From: Candidatus Helarchaeota archaeon
Lineage (GTDB): Archaea > Asgardarchaeota > Lokiarchaeia > Helarchaeales > RDOG01
Assembly: GCA_019058315.1 (NCBI GenBank)
Contig: JAHPZH010000003.1
Coordinates: 556,451 to 620,450 of the forward strand
Reading direction: 5' to 3'
DNA: 64,000 bases
Every line of letters starts with the position of its first letter. The first letter of the stretch is position 1. Position numbers and translations under genes: made by a program. Below the pieces are notes generated by a model. The model saw nothing but the letters and a program-made list of their open reading frames with translations. It ran no database searches and was not told the DNA's origin. This document shows positions 59,094-64,000 of this stretch, piece by piece.

Positions 59094-61577
59094 TTGAAAC
59101 GAATAATATCGCAAAGGAAAAACAAAAAACAATTATTTTTTATTGGAGTGATAGGATTAGTCATTATTCTATATTTTTGTTTCGATGCAATACGACCTAT
59201 TAATGGTCTAAATTTTGTTCCAAATACTGGAAAACATACCCAACTCCCCATATTTTCTTCTGCTATTAAGAATGTAACAGAAGCAAATCTATCAATTCTT
59301 TATCCTGTAAATATTGACCGATATTATACCGAACCTCTAAATGGTTTTGGGTCAGGAACTGTTGAAAATCTACAAAATGAAACAGGGATAGTCACTACCG
59401 CTGAGACTTATCCTAGTTCGGACTATGGAAACATATCTGTCGAAGTTTCTTTTAATACAACTGGTCTGGATATCAGCTCCATGACATTATTTCGTGTCAA
59501 TTGGGAAGGAAGTATCGCATCTACTGCAAGTTCAGTAGTGGATACAAAATTAAATGTATATATAGACAATCAAGGTGGCTGGGAAATGCTGCACAATGCA
59601 ACAAATACGGGTGGTAGTTTAATTGAACGTAAAATTGGATGGTGGGAGCATGCTATTCCATCAAATTTTCAAAATTATATTAGCGGAAATACTATTAAAC
59701 TAAAATTCGAGGCTGTCCAAAATTTAACAGCGACAGAAAATAATTGGTATTTTTATTTATTTCTTCATTGGTCAAATATTGTATTTGGAAAGGATATCGA
59801 ATTCACAAGATTAAATGCTACAGCCATCGAATTAATCTATAATGATACCAATTATGAACAAATTGGAAATATAACCAGTCTAGAAAATGATGAGGATAGT
59901 GATGTCCTATCTATAAAAATAAATGAGACATTGGTAGCTGGAAGGAACAATATTACCTTTGATGTCGTATTTGATTTACTTAATTATTCTTTGGATGACA
60001 TTTATGGTTTTACTTACTACCATGATGATTGGTTTTCATTCAATGGTGGGATTGAACCTCCACAATTGGGAACTATTAGTATTCAGAATACCTCCTCAGG
60101 TCAATTATTCCCAATTCAATATTTACGGGACTCCCATATTTCTTATACTAATTTATATCCAAAACAAGGCTTTGCAGCATACACATTTACAGACGCTGGG
60201 TGGTGGAATCCATCGGGATTACGGTTACGATATTACCGAAATATAACTGGGATTACTAATTGGGCTAAAATTGAAATCGATCTTGGATATATTGAACTTG
60301 CTAGAAGAACAAGTCCTATATTTTCCGTCTATGTAGAGAATAATACAAGGTATATTGATGAAATTGAACATATCCAAATTTTTGTTCAAAATTATAGGAG
60401 TAACGTGACTGATATTCAAGTTATTAGTTCGGAAGGAAATTCTTTTGTTAATGACTCAGAAGGAAATTACACATTTGAGATTACAAGGACAACATCAGGA
60501 TGGTATAACTTCTCAGTTCAAATTATAGATAATGAAGAGCATTTAGTCACTAAGGGTCTCTACAAAATTTGGTTTAATGGACGACCAGTTAATATCGACA
60601 TAACCTTATCTCCAATCCCTCAAGAAATTAACTGCCTACTTGTATTTACAGACAGTATTTATGGAGCTCCCGTAGCTAACAAAGCCTTTGATCTATGGAT
60701 TTATAGATATGGGGAGACTATCCCCTATGCTAGTTATCCCGGACTGACTACTAATGCTTCGGGGATGTTTTTTGATAGTTATAGTGTTCTTCCATACCTT
60801 GATCAAAGTTATACGTTTAATGTAACGACTTATGCAGATGCTAGCTATAGTCGTTGCTCGGTAACAAGTTCTATAACTTGTTCATATGCCCCCCCAAGGT
60901 TTACAATAACAGATGTCGTTTATAATTCTCAATATTCTGGAGAAACGGTTACTATACATTACACTTTGGAAGACTGGACCGTAAATATTGTAAGTGCTAA
61001 TCTCAAGGAAAATGGAAATTTCATAACAAGCATCCCTATCTCTCCCGGATTAAATCAAGTTTCTTTCACTACAATAAGCGGTAATAATAATTACACACTA
61101 TGGGCCGTAAATTCTAGAGGACAAGTGGGTGAATCCGAGATTGTGAATCTAAATTTATTTCTAAAACCGATAAAATTGGATATATTAACTTTTTACTTGG
61201 ACGATTTCTTCTATTTCTTTATAGACGTGAAGGATAATGAAACGGGTTCAAGTCTTGATGGTGTTCCGGTCCGAGTTTCAGTGTATGATAGCGGATTTCT
61301 ATTATTTTCAGGTCAAGTTGAAACTCATTCTATAATCGTTGGGGGCTTTCCCTTTGATGGGGGATTAGACCACCATTTCTTGTTCAGGGCTGAAGTCGTA
61401 GAAGATAATTTCGAAAATCGTCAAAAAGAATCACAATTACCATTTCAAGCATATCCTATATTGGAATTATTGACCTTTGGATTAATAACTCCAGCGATTG
61501 TAGGAGTAATTATATTTCCCCGATTAATAAGTAAAAGACGGAGATTTAGGCATAACGGACGTTATCGCCAAAGTTAA
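59094..61577 (+). CDS. Large surface glycoprotein with Ig-like beta domains and C-terminal TM anchor
   Basis: N-terminal hydrophobic segment, many N-x-S/T sequons, C-terminal TM followed by a basic tail. Confidence 0.8.
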   Translation: MKRIISQRKNKKQLFFIGVIGLVIILYFCFDAIRPINGLNFVPNTGKHTQLPIFSSAIKNVTEANLSILYPVNIDRYYTEPLNGFGSGTVENLQNETGIVTTAETYPSSDYGNISVEVSFNTTGLDISSMTLFRVNWEGSIASTASSVVDTKLNVYIDNQGGWEMLHNATNTGGSLIERKIGWWEHAIPSNFQNYISGNTIKLKFEAVQNLTATENNWYFYLFLHWSNIVFGKDIEFTRLNATAIELIYNDTNYEQIGNITSLENDEDSDVLSIKINETLVAGRNNITFDVVFDLLNYSLDDIYGFTYYHDDWFSFNGGIEPPQLGTISIQNTSSGQLFPIQYLRDSHISYTNLYPKQGFAAYTFTDAGWWNPSGLRLRYYRNITGITNWAKIEIDLGYIELARRTSPIFSVYVENNTRYIDEIEHIQIFVQNYRSNVTDIQVISSEGNSFVNDSEGNYTFEITRTTSGWYNFSVQIIDNEEHLVTKGLYKIWFNGRPVNIDITLSPIPQEINCLLVFTDSIYGAPVANKAFDLWIYRYGETIPYASYPGLTTNASGMFFDSYSVLPYLDQSYTFNVTTYADASYSRCSVTSSITCSYAPPRFTITDVVYNSQYSGETVTIHYTLEDWTVNIVSANLKENGNFITSIPISPGLNQVSFTTISGNNNYTLWAVNSRGQVGESEIVNLNLFLKPIKLDILTFYLDDFFYFFIDVKDNETGSSLDGVPVRVSVYDSGFLLFSGQVETHSIIVGGFPFDGGLDHHFLFRAEVVEDNFENRQKESQLPFQAYPILELLTFGLITPAIVGVIIFPRLISKRRRFRHNGRYRQS

Positions 61578-61597
61578 ATTTATGGAGTATTTATAAA

Positions 61598-61861
61598 ATG
61601 AATATAATTTTTGCACTAATTGAAATAGTCCGGACAATAACATTCTTTTTCACATGTGGTGTGGCAATGATATTTTGTTATAATATTTTAAGCTATATTT
61701 TTGGGCTTGATTCTCCTGGAAAATCCATGAAGGCGTTGGGCATCAGTTTTCTGTTAATTATATTATTATTAACTCTAGATAACACGGTCTATTCGATTTA
61801 TCATGTGCATATTATAAATACGAAAATAGCTTTGGGGGCGACTCCAGATCCGATATTTTGA
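61598..61861 (+). CDS. Small two-TM protein, pilin-like (CedA1/VirB2-type, tentative), paralog 1
   Basis: Helix, TM, GLDSPGKSMKAL loop, TM; collinear with the next ORF. Confidence 0.5.
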   Translation: MNIIFALIEIVRTITFFFTCGVAMIFCYNILSYIFGLDSPGKSMKALGISFLLIILLLTLDNTVYSIYHVHIINTKIALGATPDPIF

Positions 61862-61870
61862 GGTGTCAAT

Positions 61871-62110
61871 ATGATCTTTACTGTAATATTAGGAATTGTA
61901 CAAAATTTAGTTTTTATAGCTATAATGATTGATATAATATTGATAATCTGGAATTTGTTAGGATGGCAACTAGGAATTTATGGTTCTGGAGGGTCGAAAA
62001 GAGCCTTAATGATTACCATAGGCATTCTTATAGGAATTTTCTACCTAGATGCTATATTGTTCGATATTTTCAAAGTTCATATTGTCTCATTCCCAGTTTT
62101 TATAATTTAA
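61871..62110 (+). CDS. Small two-TM protein, pilin-like (CedA1/VirB2-type, tentative), paralog 2
   Basis: WNLLGWQLG...GGSKRAL; shares LD...(Y/F).I(Y/F).VHI with paralog 1; GAGGTG upstream. Confidence 0.5.
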   Translation: MIFTVILGIVQNLVFIAIMIDIILIIWNLLGWQLGIYGSGGSKRALMITIGILIGIFYLDAILFDIFKVHIVSFPVFII

Positions 62111-62128
62111 TTTTATGGAGAGAAGATA

Positions 62129-64000
62129 ATGGCAAGTCATAGTATAGCAGAAGATGTTGAAGCACAAGATATGATAAAAGAAGTAAAGCCGAATATGACT
62201 AGAATTGAAAAATTAAATGCTTTTGCAAAGGAATTAATAATTCGTAAAGGTTACATCCCTCTAAATAGCGAATATTTTACGTCCCTACGCCACACAAAAT
62301 TATATTATCGACCTATTTATTTCTATCCCGCACCAGGAGAAAAAATCTGTGTTATTGATATATTGCTCCCCCATGGTACTTTAAAGGATAAAAGCCAACT
62401 TATTACTCAATTAGAATTGCTCAATAAAGAATGTAAGGAAATCCGTTCGATTTTATTGCAAGAATATCAGAATTGCCCAAAAGTATTTAATGATCAACAA
62501 TTCGGTTATGACGAATTTGGATTTATTCCTAAGAGATCTAAATTAGTTCCCTTATATGGTGAGTCATTACAAGTAGTATTTTCGGTAAAACCCATCATTT
62601 TAACAATTAAAGGCAAACCAGAATATGATATTCAGAGAGATTCGAGAGTAGATATTGTTCCAATTGAAAAAATTCAATGGTATTTAAATCAGTGGAGAAA
62701 TGAGGTAGTTGAACTAGCTAAAAAGGCATATAATATTAAGAAATTTAAACACTTTGAAGCACAAGACACTTTTGAAAAGTGGACATTGTTATTCTTGATG
62801 TTATATATGATACCCGTTGAATTAAACAACTTTCTCCAGTGGAATCTATGGTTTCTATCATTTTATTTCTTTCTTGCTGTTGCACTTTCAGTGGGTATTT
62901 CTAATTTTCCTCATAATTATCTTAGATATAAAAAATTCTCTAAATTATGCCGGGAAGAAATAATATCCTCTAAATGGGTAGATCAAAGCAGTTTTTTGAA
63001 ACCATTCCTCACTCGTTCAAAACAGCTATTGGTCCAACCCCTGGAAAATAAGCAAGGTGTAAATCAAAAGGTATATTCACAAAATAGAGATGAGATTAAA
63101 CCACTATTCTCAAAATCTCCTACCACAAATTCGATGAATACTATAGGAACAACAGTTAAGACATCAAGACCGGTAGAGAGCAGGGGGGAGATTAGAGAAG
63201 ATACCAATACTAAAGTTGTCCCGGAGGAATTAGTGCCAGACACTCCTTTAATAAAACCTTCTGGACCAAGAGGCATTAAAACCTTATTACTGAGGAAGTC
63301 GAAATCTAATGTCAATATTGAAATTTACAAGGAACAACTTGGTGATCTTTATTCTAAATTAAAAACAACTACAGACTTTGAAGTTTTTAGAATTACAGCA
63401 TTGAGAATTATCACCTTAATTCTTACTTGCGAATGGTTTAAGCGGACTGGCACTCCTCCTGTAAATATCAGGATTAGAGAGGTCTCAAATGATAGGATTG
63501 ACCACTTTCGACAAGCCGAAAACTTACTAACTCAATTTCTAGAACGGCTCCCTGATGCTATTAATATTGATGAGGTGTACCGCTTTGCTACTATAATAAA
63601 TATGGGTCAGATGAATCAAAAAATGATAGATCATGTTGAATGGAAGATAGAGGATTGGCTTTTAGATTATAAGCTTTTACCAGCTAATAAAATGAAAGTT
63701 TTACAAGCTAACCATTCTAAAATAACATCAGCTCCCGAAAGGATTGTGAGAAATTACACTGATAAGGTGGATTCAACTTTATCTAAGTTTAAAACTATAG
63801 ATTTGGAACGAAAAATGTCCCCTAAGCAGGAGGATAAGCCGGAGATTCCCGAAAAACCAAAGATTACCAATAAACCAAATACAGAGAAACTTCCAGAAAG
63901 GCGAATTGAAAGGAGACCTTTTACCTCACCAACCAGAAAAGAACAGTCAAATATTGTGGAAGAAGAAAAAAGCCTTGATACTATTATAAATGAAGCAAAA
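62129..64000 (+). CDS. Large hypothetical protein with two central TM segments, 3' end outside the window
   Basis: Not in the ORF track; translated by hand from ATG at 62129 (MASHSIAEDVEAQ...) and open to the window end (...LDTIINEAK); GGAG upstream. Confidence 0.75.
   Translation, partial: MASHSIAEDVEAQDMIKEVKPNMTRIEKLNAFAKELIIRKGYIPLNSEYFTSLRHTKLYYRPIYFYPAPGEKICVIDILLPHGTLKDKSQLITQLELLNKECKEIRSILLQEYQNCPKVFNDQQFGYDEFGFIPKRSKLVPLYGESLQVVFSVKPIILTIKGKPEYDIQRDSRVDIVPIEKIQWYLNQWRNEVVELAKKAYNIKKFKHFEAQDTFEKWTLLFLMLYMIPVELNNFLQWNLWFLSFYFFLAVALSVGISNFPHNYLRYKKFSKLCREEIISSKWVDQSSFLKPFLTRSKQLLVQPLENKQGVNQKVYSQNRDEIKPLFSKSPTTNSMNTIGTTVKTSRPVESRGEIREDTNTKVVPEELVPDTPLIKPSGPRGIKTLLLRKSKSNVNIEIYKEQLGDLYSKLKTTTDFEVFRITALRIITLILTCEWFKRTGTPPVNIRIREVSNDRIDHFRQAENLLTQFLERLPDAINIDEVYRFATIINMGQMNQKMIDHVEWKIEDWLLDYKLLPANKMKVLQANHSKITSAPERIVRNYTDKVDSTLSKFKTIDLERKMSPKQEDKPEIPEKPKITNKPNTEKLPERRIERRPFTSPTRKEQSNIVEEEKSLDTIINEAK

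Noticed and set aside
1152-63315. Many short ORFs in the track nested in or antisense to longer genes (e.g. 1152, 4511, 5413, 11278, 13405, 25448, 45357, 46711, 54042, 63064)
   Set aside because: They overlap well-supported genes and have no motifs or RBS of their own.
1-64000. tRNA, rRNA, integrase or att site marking the island
   Set aside because: None was recognised by eye, so the island boundaries and mobility remain unproven. tRNAscan-SE and comparative genomics are needed.

Overview
AT-rich archaeal DNA. Rab-like GTPases, a roadblock-GTPase fusion, longin and PCI domains, an LRR protein and form III RuBisCO point to an Asgard archaeon (Lokiarchaeia/Helarchaeales-like; this is inference). 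The left part (1-25.3 kb) looks like ordinary chromosome, apart from a tightly coupled GH172 - RuBisCO - D-ribulose-kinase-like operon. From about 25.4 kb to the window end lies an accessory-looking island with five notable elements. (1) Four copies of a ~41-bp upstream motif with fixed internal spacing. (2) A strand-specific RNA structure at 29.95-30.03 kb. (3) A GNAT-GNAT-methyltransferase-methyltransferase cluster with small ORFs. (4) A degenerate LAGLIDADG domain fused to a TFE-alpha-like module. (5) A DNA-transfer/recombination-like gene set: DHH protein, FEN1 paralog, PolB-exonuclease-like domain, SWIM-containing Hel308-like helicase, RadA and RadB paralogs, three small pilin-like proteins, and a membrane protein linked to a degenerate HerA/VirB4-type ATPase by a textbook programmed -1 frameshift signal (U UUU UUC + 6 nt + 13-bp hairpin). 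No rRNA, tRNA, CRISPR array, integrase or transposase was recognised. All family assignments come from reading motifs by eye; no database search was run.
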